DNA from: Gemmatimonadales bacterium
GTDB lineage: Bacteria; Gemmatimonadota; Gemmatimonadetes; Gemmatimonadales; GWC2-71-9
DNA: 49,274 bases
Assembly (NCBI GenBank): GCA_038321865.1
Contig: JBBQFH010000026.1
Span: 1-49,274, forward strand
Direction of reading: 5' to 3'
Shown here: positions 28,800 to 37,739 of the stretch, in pieces
Layout of the letters: each line of letters opens with the position of its first letter
Numbering within the stretch: position 1 is the stretch's first letter
Position numbers and translations under genes: made by a program
The notes under the pieces: model-generated
What the model was told of the DNA's origin: nothing
Databases searched by the model: none
Seen by the model: the letters and a program-made list of their open reading frames with translations, nothing else

Positions 28800-30368
28800 A
28801 TGTCTCCGATCCTCGTCGCCATCGGGTTCGCGCTGCTGGTGCTGACACTGACGGCGGTCGGACGGCGGCTTCCCGTCCCGACGCCGATCCTCCAGGTCGT
28901 CGCCGGCCTGCTGATCGGACTGGTCTCCGGCGACGCGATCCCCTCGCTGCCGCCCGAATTGATCTTCCTCATCTTCCTGCCGCCCATTCTCTGGTCGGCC
29001 GCGTACGGTACGTCCTTTCGCGACTTCAAGGCCAACCTCCAGCCGATCGCGCTGCTCTCGATCGGGCTCGTGCTGGTCACGACCGCGGCGGTCGCGATCG
29101 CGGCCAGGGCGCTGCTGCCCGGCATCCCCTGGGCCGTCGCCGTGGCGCTCGGCGCGATCGTCTCCCCGCCGGACGCGGTCGCCGCCGAGGCGATCATCAC
29201 CCGCCTGCCGGTTCCGCGCCGGGTGATCTCCGTGCTGGCCGGGGAAAGCCTGGTGAACGACGCGTCGGCGCTGACGCTCTACCGAACGGCCGTCGCCGCG
29301 GCGGTCACCGGCTTCTTCAGCCCCGGTGAAGCGCTCGTCCGTTTCTTTCTCGACGCGGGCATCGGCGCGCTCATCGGCCTCTTCGTGGGATGGCTGGTGG
29401 TGCGCACCGTCATCCTCACGCGCGATCCGGTCGCGGAAGTGCTCATCGGACTCATCGGCCCCTACATCGCGTGGATGGTGGGGGAATCGCTGCACGTCTC
29501 GTCGGTACTGGCCTGCGTGGCGGGAGGACTCTACGTCCGGCAGCGGTTCTCCACCGAGGTCGCGCCGACCACGCGCATGCAGTCCAAGGCCGTCTGGGAT
29601 CTATTCACGTTCCTGCTCAACGCGACGATCTTCATTCTCCTCGGCCTGCAGTTCGGGCGCCTCGTCGGCACGGTGCCACGGGGAAGTCTCGCCGGGCTGG
29701 CGGTCGCGGGGCTCGTCATCGCCGCCGTGGCGATCCTGGTTCGGCTGGTCTGGGTGCCGGCATCACTGGTGATTCCCCGCCTGCTCCGGCGCGGCGCCGG
29801 GGCGCGGGAAGCGCTGCCACCGGCGCGGGGCATGTTCCTAGTTGGCTGGACCAGCATGCGCGGCATCGTCTCGCTCGCCGCGGCGCTGAGCCTGCCGGTG
29901 GTGCTGGCCGGCGGTGCGCCGTTTCCCTTCCGGGCCGAGATCATCCTGATCACGCTGGGCGTGATCGTCGTGACGCTGGTGCTCCAGGGCCTCACGCTCG
30001 CACCCCTGATCCGCTGGCTGCGCTTTCCGCCGGATCATGCGCTGGACCGGGAAGAACATTTCGCCCGGGGCGAAGCGCTCAGGCACGGACTGGAAAAGCT
30101 GGAGGACATGGCCGACGAGCCATGGGCCATGGCCGCGGACGTCGCACGACTGCGGCAGGAGCTGCGCGAGCGAATCCAGCGCCACCGGACTGGGCCGCCA
30201 GGCGAGTACGACGCGGAGTGCCGGCTCCGGCGCGGGATCATCAGCGCGGAGCGCCGTGAGCTGGTGCGGCTGCGGAACGAAAACGCGATCTCCGACGAGG
30301 TGCTGAACGAGCTCGAACAGGAGCTCGACCTCGAAGCCCTCAAGATCGGCGCCGGCGGCGACAACTAG
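28800..30368 (+). CDS. Na+/H+ antiporter, CPA1 family
   Basis: FLPPIL, LGAIVSPPDAV, GESLVND, MRGIVSLAAAL, TLVLQGLTL; many TM helices. Confidence 0.92.
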   Translation: MSPILVAIGFALLVLTLTAVGRRLPVPTPILQVVAGLLIGLVSGDAIPSLPPELIFLIFLPPILWSAAYGTSFRDFKANLQPIALLSIGLVLVTTAAVAIAARALLPGIPWAVAVALGAIVSPPDAVAAEAIITRLPVPRRVISVLAGESLVNDASALTLYRTAVAAAVTGFFSPGEALVRFFLDAGIGALIGLFVGWLVVRTVILTRDPVAEVLIGLIGPYIAWMVGESLHVSSVLACVAGGLYVRQRFSTEVAPTTRMQSKAVWDLFTFLLNATIFILLGLQFGRLVGTVPRGSLAGLAVAGLVIAAVAILVRLVWVPASLVIPRLLRRGAGAREALPPARGMFLVGWTSMRGIVSLAAALSLPVVLAGGAPFPFRAEIILITLGVIVVTLVLQGLTLAPLIRWLRFPPDHALDREEHFARGEALRHGLEKLEDMADEPWAMAADVARLRQELRERIQRHRTGPPGEYDAECRLRRGIISAERRELVRLRNENAISDEVLNELEQELDLEALKIGAGGDN

Positions 30369-31342
30369 GCCGAAGGGATGGACTCCGCCGGTGCGGGCTT
30401 CGACGTCGCGCCTTCCGGCAACCGGTCGAAGCGGTCGAGCCGGTCCACGTCGATCGTCAGCGTCTCGTCCACCGATGCGACGAACATGCTGGCGAACGCG
30501 GCGTCCCAGCGCGTTTCCTCCCAGGTATACGACGTCCGCGCGGACACCCGCGCCGCGAACGTATCGTCGAGTCCGGTCGCCACCACCAGAAACTCGGCGT
30601 CGGCCGCGCGCAGCCGGTCGGGCGTGGCCCCGCGCAGCGGGCTGTCGCCATCGATCGGATGCACGATCGTCCAGTGCAGGGTGAAGAATTCGACGACGTC
30701 GCGTTCCAGGGTGAGCTTGTGGAACTGGCGCTTCCGGTTTTCCTCCGGCCCCTCGAACCAGGCGAGGTTGACCTCGACGCGGGTCTCGCTCATGTCGCTC
30801 AGGCCGGCGTTGATGAGGCGGAACATGAGCCCACGGCCGCCCCGGTACGGTGCGACCACGGCGGACTGGCTGAAGCGGACCCGGCTCCGCGGGCGCATCA
30901 GGCGCGCGATCATCAGCCCGCCGCCGGCGATCATGTAGAAGGGGCCCCCGACCGACTCGACCGCCACCAGCCAGTTGGCGGTCGAGCCGATGGCGTGCAT
31001 CGTGCCCGTGCCGACCGTCGTGAAGATCCCGACGCTGAACCCGAAGGCGCGGAGAAAGGGATCGTTCAGTCCCATGAGGTCGCTTCCGGCGACGGCGCCG
31101 GGCCCAAGCGCCAGGTACGCGAGGGCGAATACGCCGTTTGCCAGCAGCTCGATCCCGATGAGCCAGAGCAGGAAGCCGGGCCACGGCATGTCGAGCGCGC
31201 GGCGGTAGAATCGCGCCCACCGACGGGAGCCGAGCCCGTACTTGCGGGTGTTGGGCGTGCCGTCCTTCGAGAGGAATCGGCCGTGGACCTGCTGGGCCGC
31301 CACCTGGCCGAAGCCAAGGTCGTTCAGATCCTGATCTGCCAA
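30365..31342 (-). CDS. Inward-rectifier (KirBac-like) ion channel with non-canonical selectivity filter
   Basis: DLGFG..GRFLSKDGT.N; two TM helices flanking FSVGIFTTVGTG; RPRSRVRFS; LMFRL.N; LHWTIVHPIDGDSPL; ARTSY. AGGAG RBS before TTG. Confidence 0.85.
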   Translation of the reverse strand: MADQDLNDLGFGQVAAQQVHGRFLSKDGTPNTRKYGLGSRRWARFYRRALDMPWPGFLLWLIGIELLANGVFALAYLALGPGAVAGSDLMGLNDPFLRAFGFSVGIFTTVGTGTMHAIGSTANWLVAVESVGGPFYMIAGGGLMIARLMRPRSRVRFSQSAVVAPYRGGRGLMFRLINAGLSDMSETRVEVNLAWFEGPEENRKRQFHKLTLERDVVEFFTLHWTIVHPIDGDSPLRGATPDRLRAADAEFLVVATGLDDTFAARVSARTSYTWEETRWDAAFASMFVASVDETLTIDVDRLDRFDRLPEGATSKPAPAESIPSA

Positions 31343-31400
31343 GCGAGCTCCTCTGGACCGGATAGGCGAAATGTAGCGGGGATCAGCGCGTCCAGATTCC

Positions 31401-32882
31401 CTACATCGGGGGCGCGAGCAGGGCGGCGAGCGCCGTCATCCCCTGGGCCGCCGCCCGGTCCGCCGCCGTCTGTCCCTCCGGATTGCGCACTCCCGGATCG
31501 GCCCCGTGGGCCAGAAACAGCCGGGCGATCTCGATCGCAAGCCCTTCGTCCTCAGCCGGAAGCCACATCAGCGGTGTCTGTCCGCCGCCGCCGATCCGCC
31601 CCAGCTCGGGGCGCTCGGACAACAGCTCACGCAGGCGATCCACCTTCCCTACGAACGCCAGCTCCCACACATCCCGACTGTACCCGGCCAGCAGGTCGAT
31701 CATCGGCTGGTGCCGGTAGTAGACGGCGCGGCCGAGCGGCGACCCATGATACCGCGTCTCGACGGCGTCGATTTCGGCGCCGCGCGCGATCAGCAGCTGG
31801 GCGACTGCGACGGCGTTATGACTGGACGCCACGTGCAGTGCCCGTTCGTTCTCCTCATCCCGCACATCCGGAGAATAGCCGAGATCGAGCAGCAGCGCCG
31901 CCGCGTCGGGTCGGTTCCGCGCAGCGGCGCGGAAGAGCGGGCGCGGATCGGCCAGGTACTCCGGATGGGCCTCGAGCGCGGTCCGCACCGCCTCGGCATC
32001 CAGCCGGAGCGCCGCGTCGGCAAGCAGTTCGACTCCGTCCAGCAAAACATCAGTGCTCCGCGCCCCGTGCCGCAGCAGCAGCTCGGCGATCTCAGCCTGG
32101 CCCGCGCGAACCGCCGCATCGTAGAGCGGCCGCCCCTTCAATCGCCCGCTCCGTCCCGGCGGCGCATCGGGATTCGCGCCGTGATCGAGACACCACTCGG
32201 CGAGCGCGATGTCACCCCGGTCTATCGCCAGCTCCAGGTGCCAGCGGGCCCCGGACCCGTAGCCGCCCATGTCGAGCATGCGCCACTCGGGGTCGTCCCA
32301 GTCGGCGCCCCGGCCGAGCTTGACGGCACGTGCGTGCGCCACGCACAGATACCAGAGCGCATCGGTGCCGAAGGCGATGTCGTAGATGACCTGATCGTCG
32401 TACAGGTTCGCGCCGCGGGCGAGGAGCAGCGAGACCAGTCCATCACGACACTGGTGCGGCGGGCGGTTCTCCTCGCCCTCACCGATGGCGCCGACCAGCG
32501 GCGTGTACCGGCTGCCACCGGCCATGAAGAACACCGTCGGATCGGCGCCGGCGTCGAGCAGGAGCCGCGCGATCGCGACTGCGTTCTCCGTTACCGGCGC
32601 GAGCGGGAGGCGAGTGAAGGCGAGATACAGCAGCGGCTCCCAATCCTTCGGGCCGCCGCGCGCCGTCGCGAGATCCGGACTCTCGCGGAGGGCGCGCTCC
32701 ACGCCGGTGATGTCGCCGGTGACGACCCTGGTGGCGAAGCCTGCCGCCGCGAGCCCGGGATGCTGCTCCAGCAGGCGCATCGCGGTGTGCACCGCGCCAA
32801 CGTGCGCGCTCCGGCCGCGGATATGATGATCGGGACAGGCAGAGCGGAGGAATTGGTCGAGCAGCCGGCCGGCCGGCATCAC
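31401..32882 (-). CDS. Ankyrin repeat protein
   Basis: Repeated TPL/PL..A...G....LL..GAD/N units (YTPLVGAI, ALHVASS, SPLGRAV, QTPLMWL). GTGA overlap with the upstream kinase stop. Confidence 0.85.
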   Translation of the reverse strand: MMPAGRLLDQFLRSACPDHHIRGRSAHVGAVHTAMRLLEQHPGLAAAGFATRVVTGDITGVERALRESPDLATARGGPKDWEPLLYLAFTRLPLAPVTENAVAIARLLLDAGADPTVFFMAGGSRYTPLVGAIGEGEENRPPHQCRDGLVSLLLARGANLYDDQVIYDIAFGTDALWYLCVAHARAVKLGRGADWDDPEWRMLDMGGYGSGARWHLELAIDRGDIALAEWCLDHGANPDAPPGRSGRLKGRPLYDAAVRAGQAEIAELLLRHGARSTDVLLDGVELLADAALRLDAEAVRTALEAHPEYLADPRPLFRAAARNRPDAAALLLDLGYSPDVRDEENERALHVASSHNAVAVAQLLIARGAEIDAVETRYHGSPLGRAVYYRHQPMIDLLAGYSRDVWELAFVGKVDRLRELLSERPELGRIGGGGQTPLMWLPAEDEGLAIEIARLFLAHGADPGVRNPEGQTAADRAAAQGMTALAALLAPPM

Positions 32883-35530
32883 TTCTGGGAAAGCGTCGCG
32901 GGCCAGTTGGCGACCACGGTCAGCGGTACGGCGTTCCGCCGGTCGTCGTGCAGGATCAGGAGCCGGCCATCCGGAGCCATGCTCAGACTCACGATCCCGT
33001 CCGGCGCGCCGCGGACGCGGGCCGGCTTGCCGACGGCCAGCGACGGACCCTCCGAGATCGAAGCGGCCATCAGTTGCCGCGTCGCGTCGATGAAGTAGAG
33101 CGTGTGGCCGTCCGGGCTCCAGGCGAAAGGCGCGGCGGCGTTCCCGCCCTCGGTCAGGGCGCCCTCCTGGGAGACCGGCCAGTGCACCGCGGCGTCCGGC
33201 AAATCCATCACGTACACTTCCGAGCGGCCGCTCTGATTGGAGAGATACGCCACGAGCTTCCCGGTCGGCGCGATGACCGGACTCGATTCGTCAGCCGGGG
33301 TCGCGTAGAGCACTTCCACCGGCGAGCCGGGCGCCGCGAGCGATACCCGCGTGATATCGATTCCGGTGCTGCCTACCTGCCGGGAGCCCAGGGCAAAGGC
33401 GCCGTTCGGCGCCCAGGTCTCGATCGGGCCGACGCCTGGCCCATAGGCGCTGTATGTCGCGAGCTCGCGCCGGTCGGCGGACAGAATGTGCGTGACGCTG
33501 TCGTTGGCGCTCTTCACCGCGATGCGCGTGCCGTCCGGCGACCAGGCCAGGGTGTACGACTGATCCGGTTTCGTCGTCAGCCTGTCCCACGACTCCGTCG
33601 CCGGCGTGTAGATCCAGGCATCCGCCAGCGGGCTCTCCGCCGATGCGCGGTCCACCAGCACCCGCTTGCCGTCGGAGGAAAGGTCGGCCGACAGGTACGG
33701 TCCGGGTGCGCTGGCCGGGGTCTGGGTGCGCGTCGCCGGATCGAACCAGTCCATCTGCCGGTCCTGCCCTCGCGGTCCGCGATATACCAGCAAACCCTCG
33801 ACGACCGAGAAGTTGCCGAGGTACTTGAAGGGCCAGGTCTCGATGCCGGGCACCACCGCAACCGCGTTGCCGGACACCGATGGCCGATCGGGCGAGAAGG
33901 GCTGTGCGAAGACCGCGCCGTCCCGCACGAAGAAGAGGTAGCCTCGGCTGAAGGCGATATTCGACGGCTGGTCGAGTACGCGGTGCGTGTCCCGCGACCC
34001 CAGATCCCCCGCGAGCACCTGCCCCTCCCGGGCCTTGCCGCTGCCCTCGACGAACAGGAAGTGATGGCCATCCGGCAGAAAGTACGGCAGCCGGTGCGTC
34101 ACCTGATCACCGCGAGGCAGGACGGTCACCACCTGAGGCGTGCCGCCGGAGGCGGAGACGCGGTACAGTGGCGTGAACACGTCGGGCGCGTAGAGAATGA
34201 CTCCGTCCGCATTCCACGCACCGCCGCGCCCGTTCAGCGCCGGGGCCAGGTCCCGGACCGTGCCGCTGGCGAGGTCGATCCGCTTGAGCCGGCCCTCAGC
34301 GAAAAAGCCGAGACTCGCCCCGTCGTGCGACCAGAAGGGATAGATCGCGTTGACGGTGCCGGTAAGCTGGCGAGCGGCTCCGGTAGTGAGCTCGCGCACC
34401 CACAGCGCGCGCGTGCCGTTGCACAGAGCCACGAACGCGACCGAGGATCCGTCGGGCGACAGCTGCACCAGGTTGCTCGAGCCGACGTCGGCGAAATCGC
34501 ATGCACCGGCCGGCGCCAGCAGCGACGCCCGAAGCGCCGGCGCCGGCGGCGGGCCGCCTCGATGCAACAGCAGGCCCGCCATCACCCCGAGCGCCGCGGC
34601 GGGCATCCACGCCCAGCGGAGCGCGCCCACCCATCGGCTGGCCGGTGCGGCGGCGGCCCGCGAGCCGCGCGGACGGGTCGCGCGTGTGGCGCCGCTCGCT
34701 CCGTCGCCGCCGAGCGCGGCCCCGAATTCCGCGGCGCTGGCGAACCGGTCCGCCGGCAGCTTCTCGAGCGCCCGGAACACGGCGTCCTCCACCGCGGGCG
34801 GCACGTACTTCCGCTGCATCGTGAGCGATCGCGGCTCCTCGGTCATCACCCGGGCGATGATCGCCTGCGCGGTAGGGCCGGTGAACGGCGGCTCGCCGAC
34901 GAGCATCTCATAGGTGACGCAGCCGAGCGCGTACACGTCGCTTCGCGGGCCGATCTCGCGCTCGCCCATCGCCTGCTCGGGCGACATGTAGTGCGGCGTT
35001 CCCAGGCTCATCCCGGTCTCGGTCATGCGCGAGCCGGCGGTGCTCACCGCCAGCGCAATGCCGAAGTCGGCCACCAGCGCGCTGCCGTCGTGCAGCAGAA
35101 TATTTTCCGGCTTGATGTCCCGGTGGATCACGCCGTGGCGGTGGGCGTAGTCGAGTGCGCCGGCCACCTCGCGGGCCAGGCGCACCGCGTCTTCCACGGG
35201 GAGCTGGTGTTCGCGGGCGATGCGGTCGCGGAGTGACACCCCTTCGACGTAGGGCATCACATAGAAGAGGAATCCGTCGGCCGCGCCGGAGTCGAACAGC
35301 GGGAGGATATGCGGGTGCTGCAGATTCGCCGTGGTCTTGATCTCGCTCAGGAACCGGTCGGCGCCGATCACGGCGGCGAGCTCCGGCCGGAGCACCTTGA
35401 CCGCCACCTTTCGGTCGTGCTTCCGGTCCTGCGCGAGGTAGACCGTGGCCATCCCGCCGGCCCCGAGCTCGCGCTCAAGGACGTACCGGTCAATCAGCGC
35501 GGCGGTCAGGCGATCTGGTGTGGGGAGCAC
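32879..35530 (-). CDS. Membrane Ser/Thr protein kinase with C-terminal TolB/WD40-like beta-propeller
   Basis: GAGGM, VAVK, HRDIKPEN, DFG, GTPHYMSPE; TM; repeated SPDG/WSPDG blades. Confidence 0.93.
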   Translation of the reverse strand: MLPTPDRLTAALIDRYVLERELGAGGMATVYLAQDRKHDRKVAVKVLRPELAAVIGADRFLSEIKTTANLQHPHILPLFDSGAADGFLFYVMPYVEGVSLRDRIAREHQLPVEDAVRLAREVAGALDYAHRHGVIHRDIKPENILLHDGSALVADFGIALAVSTAGSRMTETGMSLGTPHYMSPEQAMGEREIGPRSDVYALGCVTYEMLVGEPPFTGPTAQAIIARVMTEEPRSLTMQRKYVPPAVEDAVFRALEKLPADRFASAAEFGAALGGDGASGATRATRPRGSRAAAAPASRWVGALRWAWMPAAALGVMAGLLLHRGGPPPAPALRASLLAPAGACDFADVGSSNLVQLSPDGSSVAFVALCNGTRALWVRELTTGAARQLTGTVNAIYPFWSHDGASLGFFAEGRLKRIDLASGTVRDLAPALNGRGGAWNADGVILYAPDVFTPLYRVSASGGTPQVVTVLPRGDQVTHRLPYFLPDGHHFLFVEGSGKAREGQVLAGDLGSRDTHRVLDQPSNIAFSRGYLFFVRDGAVFAQPFSPDRPSVSGNAVAVVPGIETWPFKYLGNFSVVEGLLVYRGPRGQDRQMDWFDPATRTQTPASAPGPYLSADLSSDGKRVLVDRASAESPLADAWIYTPATESWDRLTTKPDQSYTLAWSPDGTRIAVKSANDSVTHILSADRRELATYSAYGPGVGPIETWAPNGAFALGSRQVGSTGIDITRVSLAAPGSPVEVLYATPADESSPVIAPTGKLVAYLSNQSGRSEVYVMDLPDAAVHWPVSQEGALTEGGNAAAPFAWSPDGHTLYFIDATRQLMAASISEGPSLAVGKPARVRGAPDGIVSLSMAPDGRLLILHDDRRNAVPLTVVANWPATLSQK

Positions 35531-35616
35531 TGCCTGTACAATACCGCGTGCGGGAGAGGGGCGGAAGCATCATCCCCGGCTGAGGGATCCCCTGCCGGGC
35601 GCCGAGCCGATGGCGT

Positions 35617-35655
35617 AAAACACCGCCGCCGACGGCTGCAGCCATCGGCGGCGGT
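35617..35655 (-). terminator. Intrinsic terminator of the orphan gene
   Basis: Minus strand ACCGCCGCCGATGGC-TGCA-GCCGTCGGCGGCGGT followed by GTTTT, about 30 nt after the stop at 35687. Confidence 0.7.
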
Positions 35656-35686
35656 CAGTACCCGCTTCCACTGCTCCTTCCCGGCC

Positions 35687-36400
35687 TCATGCCGCGGGCC
35701 GGTCCTCCGCTCCGGTCACCGGCGACGTCGCCGGAGCCGGGACTGCTGCCGGCGCACGATCAGGCGCCGGGTGCGGCACGGAGGCGCCGCTGCGGGCGCT
35801 GACCCACGCGCCCAGGGGATCGCTCCCCTTCTCGAACCGGGCCCGATTGAGCCCGTCCATCACCTTCACCGCCTGCACGATCTCCCGTGCCACCTTCTCC
35901 AGCTCGGCGCTGGCGCCGGTGTGAGCCCGCTTGCCGCTGGACGCCTGATCAAGTGCCGCGTCGTACTTCGCGATCAGCTGGCCCAACCCGTTGAGCACCG
36001 TTTCGGACAGGCCGTTCTGCACCAGCACGTCCTTGTTGGCGAGGGCGTCGGCGGCGATGCGACCGGCGGTCGTCCGGAACGCCATGAACGACGTCCCCCG
36101 GCCCATTCCGAACTTCTGCCTGAGCTCCGGCACCTCCGCCGAGGCCACACGGCCGACCCGCGCCACGTGGTCGAGATGCCCCTGCTTCAGCGCGACTCGC
36201 AGGTCGTGCTTGATGCCGGTCGCGGCGTGCTCCTCGATGAGCCCCTCCTGCTGCTTCGCGGCCAACTCCGCCGCCAGGCTGAGCAGCCCTCCGAGACGGG
36301 TCACGGTGGCGGCGAACCCGGTGGTGTCCTCCGGGTGCTCGCGGCTGTGGTCGAACACCCGCTTCCCCATCTCGATCGTCCTACGAATTGTCGCTCTCAT
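35687..36400 (-). CDS. Hypothetical all-alpha-helical protein (no family recognised) with Pro/Ala tail
   Basis: GAGGA RBS before ATG 36400; strong GC3 bias; amphipathic helices; no signal peptide or TM; own terminator. Confidence 0.8.
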   Translation of the reverse strand: MRATIRRTIEMGKRVFDHSREHPEDTTGFAATVTRLGGLLSLAAELAAKQQEGLIEEHAATGIKHDLRVALKQGHLDHVARVGRVASAEVPELRQKFGMGRGTSFMAFRTTAGRIAADALANKDVLVQNGLSETVLNGLGQLIAKYDAALDQASSGKRAHTGASAELEKVAREIVQAVKVMDGLNRARFEKGSDPLGAWVSARSGASVPHPAPDRAPAAVPAPATSPVTGAEDRPAA

Positions 36401-36668
36401 ACGATCCTCACTTGCTGGCCGGCGGCGGCCGGGATCGCGCCGGTGACGATGACGAGGGACTGCTGGCCGAGGGTGCCCGACCTCCATGCGGCCGGGCGCC
36501 CCTAATGCATCGGGCGTGCCATTCGTTGCGCGGCATTCGAGCGGCATCCGGCCCTTTCATTAGATGGAGGGATTCACGATGTTTTCACGCTCGTATTCTC
36601 TTAGTGAGTGTCCCTGATCGAGGACACGCATCGTCCTGTTTCAATCCGATGTTTCGTGCGTACCGGCG

Positions 36669-37163
36669 CGGAAAAACAAAATGGACTCCCGGAATCGGTT
36701 CACGGAGTTGCGGACCACTCCATCGGGAACTCGGATGATCGAGTCGGTATCCCGGATGGGTGAGTCGATGGCGCGGAGGGAAGCGCCGGATACCCGGGCA
36801 GCTGCGTCGGTGTCCCGGATGCACGCATCGGGTGCCCGGATGTTGAGGTCGGGCCCCCGGAAGGAATGCGCGATTGGCCGGAGGAACGTGTCGGGTGCGC
36901 GGAGGAACCGGTGGGCCCCGTGGACGATCGGACGCGGCCGGCGGATCGTTCGCATCGGGTGGCGGAGCCGCCGCAGGGAGGTCCGGCGCAGCATACGGAG
37001 GCACAGACGGTGACGAGGCGCCTTCGGAACGAGCCAATGGCCTCGCGGAGCGAACCGATGGCGGTGCTGACGGAGTCGATGGAGGCGCGAGCTGTCCTGA
37101 AATGGACGTGGATTATTGCGTCGGGTGCCAAATGGAATTTTCGGGAGCGCGGAGCGCCGTGGA
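36669..37163. repeat. Degenerate tandem array with 21-bp period (24 units, last one partial)
   Basis: Units start at 36669 + 21n up to 36984, then 37004 + 21n up to 37109, then 37129 and 37150. 16 of 24 units begin with exact CGGA. A second motif TCGG/ATGG recurs at unit positions 13-16. Confidence 0.85.
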
Positions 37164-37688
37164 TCACGCGGGGGCGATCACCCGGGCAATCGCGCTGATC
37201 GTGTTCCAGTTCCGCGTCGTGACCGGCACCCCGAAGACCCGATCGAGCGCGCCGAGATAGCCGATGGCCTTCATGTGGCGGCGATACAGCCCGAAGACGA
37301 ATCGATGCTCCCGCCCGAGTATCGTCAGCAACCACTCGCCAGCATCGGGAAAGTTTATCGGTCCGGCCGGAGGTGACCGGGGCACGCGCGCGAGCACGCT
37401 GACGAAGGGCACTACGTCAGGCCGCGCGGCGTGCCCCGCGAACGGGTCGACCTCCACCAGTCGGGTGATGTCCCGTCCCTGGCAGATCATGATCTCCGTC
37501 TCGAACGGCAGCCGCCGGGCGACTTCCGCGCGCAGCTCCGACAGACTCACCGGGTGCCGGATCACGAACGTCCCCGCGGCGCCGATGTTGACGGCACCGA
37601 GATGCTGGAGCTCCCGGGCGAGCGCCGCGGGGCGGAAGGTCCGGTGCCCGCCGACGTTGACGCCGCGGAGAAAGACCACGAGCGACAC
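37164..37688 (-). CDS. DUF1697 family protein
   Basis: VVFLRGVNVGG at the N-terminus, TTRNWNT at the C-terminus; GGAGG RBS. Confidence 0.88.
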   Translation of the reverse strand: MSLVVFLRGVNVGGHRTFRPAALARELQHLGAVNIGAAGTFVIRHPVSLSELRAEVARRLPFETEIMICQGRDITRLVEVDPFAGHAARPDVVPFVSVLARVPRSPPAGPINFPDAGEWLLTILGREHRFVFGLYRRHMKAIGYLGALDRVFGVPVTTRNWNTISAIARVIAPA

Positions 37689-37739
37689 CCGTTACCTCCC
37701 ACGAACCCGGTCGTCATTCTGCCGGCGAGGACGACCCCA

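Noticed and set aside
36669..37163. CRISPR array interpretation of the 21-bp periodic region
   Set aside because: The constant part is only about 4 nt, the period is far shorter than repeat plus spacer, and no cas genes are present.
35531..37163. Classical IS element with terminal inverted repeats and target-site duplication around the orphan cassette
   Set aside because: No DDE, HUH or recombinase motif in the protein, and no terminal repeats or duplication found by eye.
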